A DNA stretch of 64,000 nucleotides, from positions 131,750,001 through 131,814,000 of the forward strand of contig OX597819.1 of assembly GCA_951406725.2 (NCBI GenBank), read 5' to 3'. Position 1 is the first letter of the stretch. Each line of letters begins with the position of its first letter. Below are positions 38,401-51,000 of this stretch, in pieces. A model generated the notes under the pieces. It was not told the DNA's origin and did not search any database. It saw only the letters and a list, made by a program, of their open reading frames with translations. Made by a program: the position numbers and the translations under genes. This stretch comes from Octopus vulgaris (lineage: Eukaryota).

Positions 38401-41400
38401 CTGGGGTAATGCGAAATGAAGTGCCTTGATCAAGGATACAACATAATGCCTGCTACAGAAAATGAACCTACAACCTTATGATCATAAGCCACACGTCCTG
38501 TGCCATATGCACCTTCTCTATCATACATAGATACATATATATATGATTCTATATATAGACATGGGATGAGGTGGTGAGGCATGGCCTCCAAACAATGGGT
38601 CTCACAGAAGCAATGACAGGAGACTGAGACCTTTGGAGATCTGCTGTGATTGAGAAGACCCAGCAACTAAAGTGAGATCGCAACCATGTTAAGAGCATCC
38701 CTGAGGCATTGTGTGAGATGATATGCTGGAGAAGACCTGTTAAGTCAAGTAAAACCAATATCATAGCTGTGGCCAGTGCACCCGACTGGCTCCTGTGCCA
38801 GTGGCACGTAAAAAGCACTATCCGAACGTGGTCAATGCCAGTCCTGCCTGACTGGCTCCTGTGCTGGTGGCACGTAAAAAGTACCATCTGGAAGTAGCCA
38901 ATGCCAGTACCCCCTGACTGGCCTCCATTCTGGTGACACACAAAAAAGTTCTATCCAAATGTGATCGATGCCAACCTTGCCTGACTGACTCTTATGCCAG
39001 TGGCACGTAAAAAGCACCCACTACACTCTTGGAGTGGTTGGCATTAGGAAGGGCATCCAGCTGTAGAAACTCTGCCAGATCAGATTGGAGCCTTGTGTAG
39101 CCTTCTGGCTCTCCAGACCCCAATCAAACCGTCCAACCCATGCCAGCATGGAAAAACAGGCTCTAAACGATAATGATGGTGGTGATGATGATATAGTTGC
39201 TATTATCAATGCTCATTATTTGCAATGTATTAACCATGAACATTCTTGAAAGCTGGAATCTGTTTATTAAAAGAGGTTTTTTTTTTCTTTGTTGTTTTAT
39301 TTTCTTATTTTCCTCTGTGTGGTTTAGTTTGCCAACAGCAAAACTATTTTATTATTTCCTAATTGGAGCATAACTAATTAGAAATCCAAAGGCCACATTT
39401 CAATAAAACCTCATTTCTTCTACATGACAGTATTTACAGGAACTTTATCATCAGCACTAAGTATGTATCTCTATTTCTTGGAACAAAGAAATACTTCATT
39501 CCACAGTATTCGTCTATTTGAAGACCCTGCTGGCCAAAAGAACATAAGCCCCATGGGTTTTCATCAAAGTAGTTTTTGAACTGGGGGGAATGTCTTCATT
39601 TGATTTATAAAATGTTTTATAAATTTATGAGAATTAACAATGGTTGCTAAGAATATCTTCCCAATAACCATAATTTTGTGTCTGGATTTTAATTTGGTTG
39701 TTTACAGCAAATGTTAAGTTCTTTCAAGTGGAATGCTTTTGGGGAGGAAAAAAGGGCACAAATGCTACAAATTCCAAAATAATCAAAACCTTCACCCTTA
39801 ATGTGCTGTCATTCAGTAAAACGAGTCTGTGCTGGACTTAATTATTTTATACATCATTTAATGCTAATTACATTTAAATTCTTTTGAATTCATTTCAATA
39901 TTTATTGATTGATTTCCATAATTTTCATTTAGCAATGTCTAATTTTTCATTAGAATATCTCATTACAGAAGTTAGTTCGTTACTTCATTCGTTACAGAGC
40001 AAAAAGTTTGATTACTTAAAGAGGAGGATACACACAACTAAAAAAAACCAAAAAAAACTACTAGCTGAAATGAAATTCATAAATCAAATTTTTAAGATAA
40101 TTTAGTCTTTAATATCTGTTCTTCCTAATATCCATATCCTTAAAGTCTATACCGTTAAAAGTCAAACTGTTGCTGTTCCCTAAATTGTAAACTACTAAAT
40201 TCCGATGAATTTATTCCTGGTTAGCTTTGAAAATAATGTCATCAAGCGCTAGTAAGAACAGAAAGAAAAACACTACAAGCTGGCTTTGTGCACAGTGAAT
40301 TCATGAGATGTGATGACATGATATTAATTCTAGTTCTCATAAGAATCCAATCAGTTTATTTGAAATATGCCATCAATATGGAAACGGCAATTTTTTTTCC
40401 GATCATTAAACTTCCAAAACTAAGGAAACAAAAAATGGCACCAACTGCCATAATGCTTGAAAATGCAATGTAGATAATTTCTATGTCCTTTGTAGATGAC
40501 CACATGTGTGTATGTGTGTGGGGGCATGATGCAGCAACAAGATAGAGGCCTGTCCCATCTGACAACGCAACTGGCTCAGACCATGACAACAGATGCCAGA
40601 ATAGACAGCTGATTTAAGATGGAAAGAGATTATATATATATATATCTTTTCCTCTGCTCCTGCTCAGCTAATTATGCTTTCAAACAACAATAAGAAAACA
40701 AACAAAAAGAAAAATAAAGATAGAAAAACAAAAAAAATATTTCTGCTGAACCAAAGTTTCAAGAATCTTGTAACAAATGCTGTTCTTAAACTAACAATAC
40801 TGGTGCTTTTGGAACCTCTTTGGACTAGGTTACAAAACTCTAATGACAATATGTCATATTGTAGACCATCTGTCCACATATATACAGATATATATAGATA
40901 GATATAGATGTGTGTGTGTGCACTGTTTGGATTATTGTTATTACAGAACATTAGAGTAGAGATCACTATATAATCAGTATGTTTGTTTAATTATTTTAAT
41001 CTCACAAAGATAATATTTGACCAAGTTAGTCAGGACAATGGCCTTGGAGATAAAATCTTGTTGCTATCAAGTTTATTGTGAATTTAGACAAACATGACTG
41101 AAGGTTAATCTAACCAAGAGTCTGTGAGAAAAATCAGGTTCTCACATTCAGTGTAAATTGAATGAAAGGTTTCTGCTGAGAACACTGGAATTGGATGACC
41201 GATTTAAGTTTGAATGAAGACACCAAAGCAAAGACTTTGTAGACAAAAATATTATATCCCAAGTGAACCATAGAAATCCAAAAACAGTTTGTAAATGTGA
41301 AGTGGAAAAATCATGAGGAAAACTCAACATGGAACAGTGGTGATGACTAAAAGAACACAGTTCGCTAAGAACCAACATATGAGAGAAATAGAAGCTAAAA

Positions 41401-41980
41401 TTATAATAAAACCCAGTATTAGAAATTTTGATAATTCTAATGTCTCTTTTGGCCTCATTCTGAACTTTGAAAAATGTTGAAAAATGTTGGTTTTTAGCTC
41501 GGAAGTGAGCAGATTAGATTATCAGTGACAAGGTGATTAGTAAATAAATATTTGAACAAGAATCCAATTTTCACAGAAATATCATATTGTACAAATATTA
41601 TTACAACAGAATGCTATAATTTATCTTAAAACTTATAGGTCAGACATAATTAACTACATTATAATGCATGGCTATCTTGTAAATTGGAAGATTTCCTTAA
41701 CATGAATAAATGAAACAGGAAACTGAGCTCAATAAGGAAAACAACAACAAATATAAAATCTCTTTACTCTTTTACTTGTTTCAGTCATTTGACTGTGGCC
41801 ATGCTGGAGCACCGCCTTTAATCGAGCAACTCGACCCCGGGACTTATTCTTTTGTAAGCCCAGTACTTATTCTATCGGTCTCTTTTGCCGAACCGCTAAG
41901 TGACGGGGACATAAACACACCAGCATCAGTTGTCAAGCAATGCTAGGGGGACAAACACAGATGCACAAACACACACACAC

Positions 41981-42026
<46 letters not shown>

Positions 42027-45000
42027 GACAGGCTTCTTTCAGTTTCCGTCTACCAAGGCTTTGGTCGGCCCGGGGCTATAGCAGAAGACACTTGCCCAAG
42101 ATGCCATGCAGTGGGACTGAACCCGGAACCATGTGGTTGGTTAGCAAGCTACTTACCACACGGCCACTCCTGCGCCTAATATTCATTTCTCTCATAAATA
42201 AATTTATACTTAACCCTTTCGTTACTGTATTTATTTTGAGATGCTCTGTGTTTCTTTCAATTACTTTAAATATAACAAAAGAATTTAGTAAAATAACTTA
42301 GTTATCATTAAGCTAGTGTTAGGAACGTAAATTGTGACTAAGGTTTGGTGGAAGATTTTAATTCGAAACCTATGAAAACAAGACATTTTACCACAGAGCC
42401 AGAGCCGGTTTTGGCCGGGTTAGTAACAAAAGGGTTAAAGACACATTTCTATAACAAAATATCGAGAAATTTTTTTATGTGAAATACAGAAGAATATACA
42501 AAACTCATACTTGCTGAACGGGTTTAGGCAAAATATCAATAGAAACGAACAGACGTATTTCACCACCATAGAAATAGCTTAGAGATAAGTTTAATTCTGA
42601 ATAAAAAGTAAGTGAAATGATAGAGCCATAAAAAGAGCCGAGAATAACTGAACTGACAAAAAATGAAAAAGTATTTAAAACAGCAAAAAGATTAATAGTT
42701 ACCAAGAGAATTACAATAAAGACTCACAAGAATATCAATGACTAAGCCAGCCATGTTAGTTTGTGATGATTGAGGTTAGAGTAAAAGAGTTGATGGAACC
42801 AAGACCTAAAATGGTTTGATGTTAGTTCCAATGAAGAATGAAGTGTTGAGAGTCAAATCTGTTTAAAAAAAAAAAAACAACTACATGAAATGAATCGTAT
42901 TTTCTTTTTTTTTTAATCTGAAAAAATGATGTGATTGAGAAGAGGCAATAAATCAAAACTGAAAACCAAAACGTCATGCAGGTTGTCAGAGACAGAGAAT
43001 ACCTACCACGCATCACAGTGGTTTCCACTTTGACTTCTAGAGTAAGAAAAGTAATATTATAGGTAAGTATGGAAACACTGAAAATGAAATTTTGGATTTT
43101 AAAACAAACAAACAAACAAAAAAGAAAGAAAAAATACTTTAAAAATCATAATTTCAATATTGTTCATTTTCTGAAAATGTTCAGGTTTCTTTGTACAAAC
43201 ATTTGACTTGATCCAGTATTTTACTTGTAATTTATTTTATCAATTCATCAAAAGATGAAAATAAAATCGACAGCAACCAAAATTAAGGCATTAAAATAGC
43301 TGCAATTATTAACAAAAAACATTTATAAGGTTTCATCATTGCAAGAATATATACTGACTTATTATAACAATTATTAACATGAACATTTATAAAGTTTTGT
43401 AAATTCAGCAAATATATTGAATTATTATATAAACAGCAATTATTTACACAAAACATTTAAAGTTCCATCAATTGAAAAAAATATATTGAATTTATTATAT
43501 GACAACATTTAATTTAATTCTGCACCTAAAGAGAAAAAACACACAAACAAGAAAAAAAAAATATTCAAGATTACCATAAGAGAATGAAATGTTTTGGCAT
43601 TGTATATATAAAAGTTGGTATTATCTTTAAACGGTAGAAATAATAACCGGAACCAAGAGGATTAATAATTCCAATGGCTTTATAACTCTTGCTTCGATCA
43701 AATGATCAATTTCTGATCAATGATTTCTGATCGAGCAGATGTCAATCTTTCTGCTACAAGCAAATCAAGTTTGGAACCACAGAGAGCAGTAACTGTTTGA
43801 CTTGTTAAAAATAACAGTCAAGTCTCCTTTAAATTACACATGCACAACAAATAGCTTAATGTAGTCCTAAATTTAGCAGGTGTAATAATAAGACTGAATG
43901 GTCATAAGTGGAAGGCTTTTAATCCAATGTCAGTTCAAGCGGAACCGAAATGGAACTAAACGAGAAGCCAAACGACATTTCCTCTCATTATATTGAACTT
44001 AGCAGAGATTCTTGTTAATTTTGAATCCAGGCTCAGATATTACAGGGAATAAAAATAGAATATCTCTATGGTAACTAACAGCTCTAAGAAGTTTAAACGA
44101 TAAAGGAAACAATCCAAATCATTGAATTTAGTTAATCCTTTTCATACCAACCCACCTGAGACCACCACCCCTGATTCTATGATACAAACTTCTAGTTTTC
44201 AAGTGATCTAAAAACCTTCCTCAAAAATTGTTAATTTATGTCCCCCAACAACAACTTAATAACTACAAAGGTATTTTACTAAATTTTCTCCTTTCTATGC
44301 ACACAGCCCCCCCTCCCCTTTCATTTGTTGTCTCAAGATTTTTACAATATCTCATTATTATTATTAGACTATAATGAGAGTATTTCTATAAATAGGAGTA
44401 GAAACTTGAACTCAAGACCTGTCAATGTTTGTATCTTCACAATATTCAAAGCAATGAGCTGCCAAACACTTCCTTATTCACAATGAGGTGACCATGCACT
44501 CAAGTTTTGGACCTCAAATAGAGCTCACCTTCCACTGAGCAAATTTGGGATCTAAAGAGATTCTATGATCGTCCAATCTTTTTGTTGGGCATTGCCTATC
44601 TGGGACTACATTAGCAAATGTTTCCTTTCCTTTTCAAGACAAACGTTTGCCATTTGAAGAAGATTTAGCTGCTCTTTCTAGGAAGTACTGGTTAACCTAG
44701 TTTAGCGGAGTGTGATGTCACGTCAGCTGACGCATTGAACAGGTGCTATGGCTCCAGTGATGAAGTACAACGTCTCTGGCACGCATGATTGCACACTGCA
44801 CCTATTTTAGTATTTTGAACTTGCTTGTGGATAGCAGTGTCTAGGCATGGAGATCAGATTATTTTCATTGAAAGGCCCGGTCAGTTCTTAAATATCTAAA
44901 GGCTTACACACTGACTGCTACTAATAATAAACTTACTATCTACAGTGCTCAGGTGCACCACTGCAGCTCTCTGTCAGGTATTTCAGCTGTCATTCATAGA

Positions 45001-48000
45001 TCTTCTATAAATGGAATTTGGTAATTTATACTATTTATAAGGGGAAGGAAAAGACACGAGGTGGGGAAGAGAAAAAGACCATCTCCCAGGATTAGGGGTC
45101 CAACATACTTAAAATATCAAAGGAAGATCAAACACATTTCAGGTGTGAAAATATCTTTGTCAGATTTTTATAACTTGGTTCATTAATAATTGTAATAAAT
45201 CTCTGAAAATTTAGAAGAAATACCAGAAACTATTGAAGAGTTAAAAGCAAGATAAATGGGAAAATATGCAATTTGAGACATTGGTTACAAGAGAGAAAAA
45301 AAAATCTTTTTTTTATCATCTATTGTTGAAATTAATCACAACAGTTAAAGACATTTTCTTATATTTTTGAGAAACTGAAATTGGATACAATAAATATTGA
45401 CAGAGAATAAGATATAATAATTACAGGTGAGTTAATTGGATAATTGTGATTACCTGGACTCAATGGTGCTTCACTTTGATCAAGTTGCTGCATAGACAAT
45501 TCAACTCTTCGTATCTGAGTATAAATGGGTCCCTGCATCTGTTTCATGCATTTCTTAATAAAACCAACATAATCTGAAAGAGAATGTTGTAAAACAGTTC
45601 AATGGCCAGAAGAGCTGCATCGACACCAACCTCCATAAATCATCTCCACACATCAATGATTTAATAACAGTTTGGTGGGGGAGGGGGTCCATTGTGGAGC
45701 TGGGCCCATAGCCATCTTTTAATCTCTTACTCGTTTCAGTTATTAGTTAGTGGCCATGCTGGGGCACTGCCTTCAAGAATTCTTAATTGAATGAATTGAC
45801 CCCACTACTTTTTTTTTTAAGCCTAGTACTTATTATATTGGTCGATTTTGCTGAACTGCTAAGTTATGGAGACATAAACACACCAACACATGTTGTCAAA
45901 TAGGGGTGGGGGACAAACACAGACACAAAAACACAATAAGTGTTTGTCCTGCACAGCAGAAGTGTTACGACTGCTCCCCCTGGTGGAGAGGATTGGTCTG
46001 CAAGAGTCCAGTGCTGGTGCCACAAAGAAGTGATTGTGCAGTGCCACACAAAAGCTCCCAGTACACTCTGTAAAGTGGTTGGCATTGGGAAGGGCATCCA
46101 ACCATAAAAACCAAATCAGACTGGAGTCTGGTACAGCTTTCCAGCTTTGGTCAAACTGTCCAACCCATGCCAGCAGATGTTAAATGATGATGATGATGGG
46201 TCTGTATCCATCTACATAACTCTCTCCACACATCACCATCTTGTATTACCTCAAAGCCTAACCTTTTTAGATTAGATAATTTCCAGTATTTTCCGTGCAA
46301 TGGGTTGCCAATGTTCCGGTGGATTTTCCCTTTGGCAAGCAACCAAATTAAGCTCTTAATATCCTGCACAGCATACTTGAATTCTTTAGTAACCCCTTCC
46401 ATAGTAATCCACCTGAAACTACCCCCTCATTCTTAGACACAAATTCTCAATTTCAAAGTGGTTTAAATTAAAAACCTTCCACCACAGTTTTGTACTAATT
46501 TTTGTTCTAAACACAAGTCTAATAATAACAAAACTATTTTACCAAATTCTTTAGTATTTTGAAATGAACTGAAATAGAGGAAATATATTTCAAGATAAAT
46601 ATGGTAACAAAAAGGTTAAATGTACTCCAAGAATTCTCTTATCTTTTTAGAAAACTAACTCCAAGTACCATTAAAAAAATGTTATGTAACAAAATATGAT
46701 AAACAGACGATATTAAATGTCAATAATTTGAATGAGAATTGGAAATACTGACATTTGCTGGTTTGTGATGGAGAAAGCAATTCTGGATCAAACTTCAATT
46801 GTTTTGATCATTTACGGTTTTTTTTTTTTAAAGAATTTGAAAGAAAGTTCTTTCCGTGGTTAATTAGAAAAAGTGTTATAGTAAAGCTTTTAAAACTTTT
46901 GTTAGCAAATTTCAGTCAAGATTACTCTGCTTTTATTTTAATTAACTTTGAAAATAACGAAGGCGTTGAGCTGGCAGAAATGTTAGCAGACCAGGCGAAA
47001 GGCTTAGCAGTATTTCATCTGAGTTCAAATTCCGAGGTCAACTTTGCCTTTCAACCTTTCAGAATCAATAAATTAAGTACCAGTGGTGTACTGGAGTTGA
47101 TCTAATTGATTGGCCCCCTCCCCCAAAATTTCGGGCCTTGTGCCTAGAGTAGAAAAGAAAATCTCCCTTAAATCAACACCTACAGCCTTATGTAAAGCAG
47201 GACACCTTTTAAAATATCTTTGATAATTACTGTTGAGAGGAAAATAAGGCTACGAAATCACGGCTAAGGCAGTTTTGTTCCTAGATCAGCCTGCTTAGAA
47301 CTGACCTATGGTTAAACGACAACAGCAAAAACATCACTTTCTATTGTTCCTCTTTCTTCTAACCAACACTGGACGTCAGAAAACCTGTATTAGGGTTCTC
47401 CATTTAGGTTTCTCTCTCACACACACCTTTTCTACAACCCTCTGCCAATGGTTTGTAGCAGAATGCAATAAACTGCTCCCTTGATGATCCATTTTGGTCA
47501 GGCACCAAAATGCACTTGGAATATCCAATGCTGAGTTCCAATTAACTACAAAGGAGAAACATACATAGGAACACCTGTCCTGGGTTTTATCTTGATTTCT
47601 CTCCCATTGCATGTGCTCTGCATATCATTATTAGTAAGACTGCTAAGTACAGTGACCAACTGACCACTCTACTGAAAGCCAAAAGGGGGAATAGTCTATG
47701 TGGAGCTCAAACTCACACAGTTGTCTTGCCTGGTCTGTGAGAGTCAGGTGCTCTTTAACACTTGGTACCATGTAGAAAGCCTTCCCCAGACCTTGTGCCA
47801 TAAATCAAATGTTGTTGTTGTTGTTAGCAGTGAGCATTCTGTGTGTGTGTGTGTGTGCTATTTTGTGATAACAAACCACTCAGCTGACTTGAGGTTTGAT
47901 GCTCGGTTGAGGCCATTTCATTTCACCTCTGTGTAGAGAGATTTCCCCAGCAGCAAATTTAGACATGAAACAAGCTACATTGCCCATTGCAACTGATAGT

Positions 48001-51000
48001 GTCAATATATTCAGTGACAGCATTTCCATATAGGGCTGTGGCAAGTTATCTCACTTTTACAAAAGATTGAAAAATATTCCTGAAAAGGAATGAGTTTGAA
48101 ACCTCATATTTAGAGCAAAAGAGATGCTTTCTAATTGATGTATCAATACCAGCAGATGACAATGTGTCTCTAAAAAAAATGGAGAAACTTTCAAAAACAA
48201 AGACCTGGAAATAGAGGTAACTAGAATGTGGAATCTAAAAACAGAAACAATTCCTATCATAGTAGGCGTATTAGGTATGATAAAAAAATATTCAGACAAA
48301 TACATAACAAAAACACCAGGACTTACAAACACATATAACATACAGAAAATTGCACTACTGGGCACTGCACACATCCTACACAGAACACTTTCAATACAGT
48401 AACCATCAGAGCATCACAACAAATCACAGCACATACCCAAGGCACACAGAGCTGTGCTCGGTAGTGAAGTGAAAGCACGCTATAAAAATAAGACTACTGG
48501 GTAATAATAATAAGAATAGGATAAAGACCCCTTTCAGTCATGACTGACCATGAGATTGCACCTAGAAAGTTCCCCTCCGAGGCACAAGTCCAGGCAAGGT
48601 TGTTTATGGAAGACCAGTAGTCGCCCATGCATGCCGGCCTCCCCTCTCCACACCACTGATGTTATCCAAGGGAAAGGCAAAAGGGGCCGAAACAGCTTGG
48701 CACCTGTGACGTCACCACAACTCATTTCTACAGCTGAGTGAAGTGGAGCAACCTGAAGTAAAGTGTCTTGCTCAAGAACACAACACACAGCCTGGCCTGA
48801 GAATCGAACTCACTGTCTCATGATTGTGAGTCTGACACTCTAACCACTGAGCCATGCACCTTCTCTAACCACTGACTATAAGCACAAGGCCTAAAATTTT
48901 GGGGAAGGGGCCAAATTGATTACATCAACCTCAGTGTGCAACTGGTACCCATTTTATTGACCCCGAAAGGAAGAAAGGCAAAGACGACCTCAGTGGAATT
49001 TGAACTCAGAATGAAAACATGGAAGGAATGCCACTAAGCATTTTGCTCAGAATGCTAACGGTTCTGCCAGCTCAGAAAATGATGATGATGATGATGATGA
49101 TGATGGTGGATATTGTATAGCATGGAAAAAACAGTGCAACATTTGTAATGGAAACGGTAAATAGTGTTTGTCATCATTTTCAGGAGGAGGAGGAGGAGGA
49201 GGAAACCTAATCAGCAGATTTGAGGGGGAAATTCTAAGGTTCAGATGAATTAAACCCTCACCACCAGCACCACCACCACCCCCTGGTAGAAATGGGAAAA
49301 GGTCAAGAAGTGATTAACCATTTAGAGTCAAAGACAAACAGAAGTCTGGAACAGGAAGTAGTTAATAGGCTTCAAAGGGATGCCACAACCAGGGGGAGGG
49401 GGGAGAGACACACAGACAGACATATGAGAGAGAGAGAGAGAGTGTGTTTCTTTTTGCTGCATTCCAGTTGAGAGTTTCTAGGTTATTCACAAATATTTCA
49501 AAAATGTTTTATTTATCAAGAAGATAGGATAAAATAAAAGCAAGAAAACAAGCTGACCTCTGCCTCGATTGTAATTCAAGGTTATTAAATATATATTATT
49601 TAACTTCAACTGTCAAAAATGATGTGGGGGGCTAAAGTAGGCATATGAACTAATTTAATTACTACAGGGTCATATAGCATATGTAATATAGAGTGTTGGA
49701 AAGGCTGGGATTATCCATGCAATTAAGAGAGAAAAACTCCCTCAAGAAATGTTTAAAATTTTAAAACAATAAACAAAGAACATAAAACTACAACAAAATC
49801 AGTTGATCAAAAGTTTCTGACAACAAAAACAAGGGAGATTGGAATGGTGCCGATTTGGTGTCACCAGTCTGCTGAAAGCTCTGATATATTTGTGTGCAGA
49901 AGGTGTTACTGTCTCTGAATGCAGGAGTTGGTGTCTCAGCAGGCAGTGAAGATGTTCTGTAGGTGTTTTGGCTCCTATCAGTGCAACACCAAAGCTGCCC
50001 AGGGGCCACCCACCAATGTACAGAACTGAAACTGCTGCAGTTTCAGTATCTCTATTGCTGTTATTACTCTGGGCCAAATGTTTCTATTCATCACTCTGGG
50101 CCAAATGTTTCTATTCATCACTCTGGGCCAAATGTTTCTATTCATCACTCTGGGCCAAATGTTTCCATTCATCACTGTGGGCCAAATGTTTCCATTCATC
50201 ACTCTGGGCCAAATGTTTCTATTCATCACTCTGGGCCAAATGTTTCTATTCATCACTCTGGGCCAAATGTTTCCATTCATCACTCTGGGTCAAATGTTTC
50301 CATTCATCACTCTGGGCCAAATGTTTCCATTCATCACTCTGGGCCAAATGTTTCCATTCATCACTCTGGGCCAAATGTTTCCATTCATCACTCTGGGCCA
50401 AATGTTTCCATTCATCACTCTGGGCCAAATGTTTCCCTTCAACACCCTGGGCCAAATGTTTCCATTCATCACTCTGGGCCAAATGTTTCCATTCATCACT
50501 CTGGGCCAAATGTTTCCATTCATCACTCTGGGCCAAATGTTTCCATTCATCACTCTGGACCAAATGTTTCCATTCATCACTCTGGACCAAATGTTTCCAT
50601 TCATCACTCTGGGCCAAATGTTTCTATTCATCACTCTGGGCCAAATGTTTCTATTCATCACTCTGGGCCAAATGTTTCTATTCATCACTCTGGGCCAAAT
50701 GTTTCTATTCATCCTCAATGCTCATTCTTACTTTCTGCTCATTCATCCACAAAGCCAGACTCAATGGCTGGCTTTTCCAGCAACTTCCTCTGATTTCCTG
50801 GTAGCATCTTTTCTCTCCTTCACAGCTCATCCAAGATGCCTTGACATCAACTGAAACAAATTCTCCAATACCTATCCTCCCCACAGGAAGATACATTGCT
50901 TCCCATCCATTGTTTTCACAGAGTTTAACCAACTCACCAGAAAGACTTCTTCACTCAGTTGACAACACTAAAAGGACAGGCATCCAACAACAACAAAATG

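Noticed and set aside
40153-40179. Candidate 27-nt phase-1 microexon (G)NSNSLTFN
   Set aside because: Weak donor (gtatag), poor pyrimidine tract and composition unlike the array; plausible by chance.
49963-50854. Long ORFs (258-278 aa) such as (SGPNVSIHH)n, and a superficial CRISPR-like look
   Set aside because: By-product of a stop-poor 27-bp tandem repeat open in several frames; no unique spacers, no cas genes, eukaryotic context.
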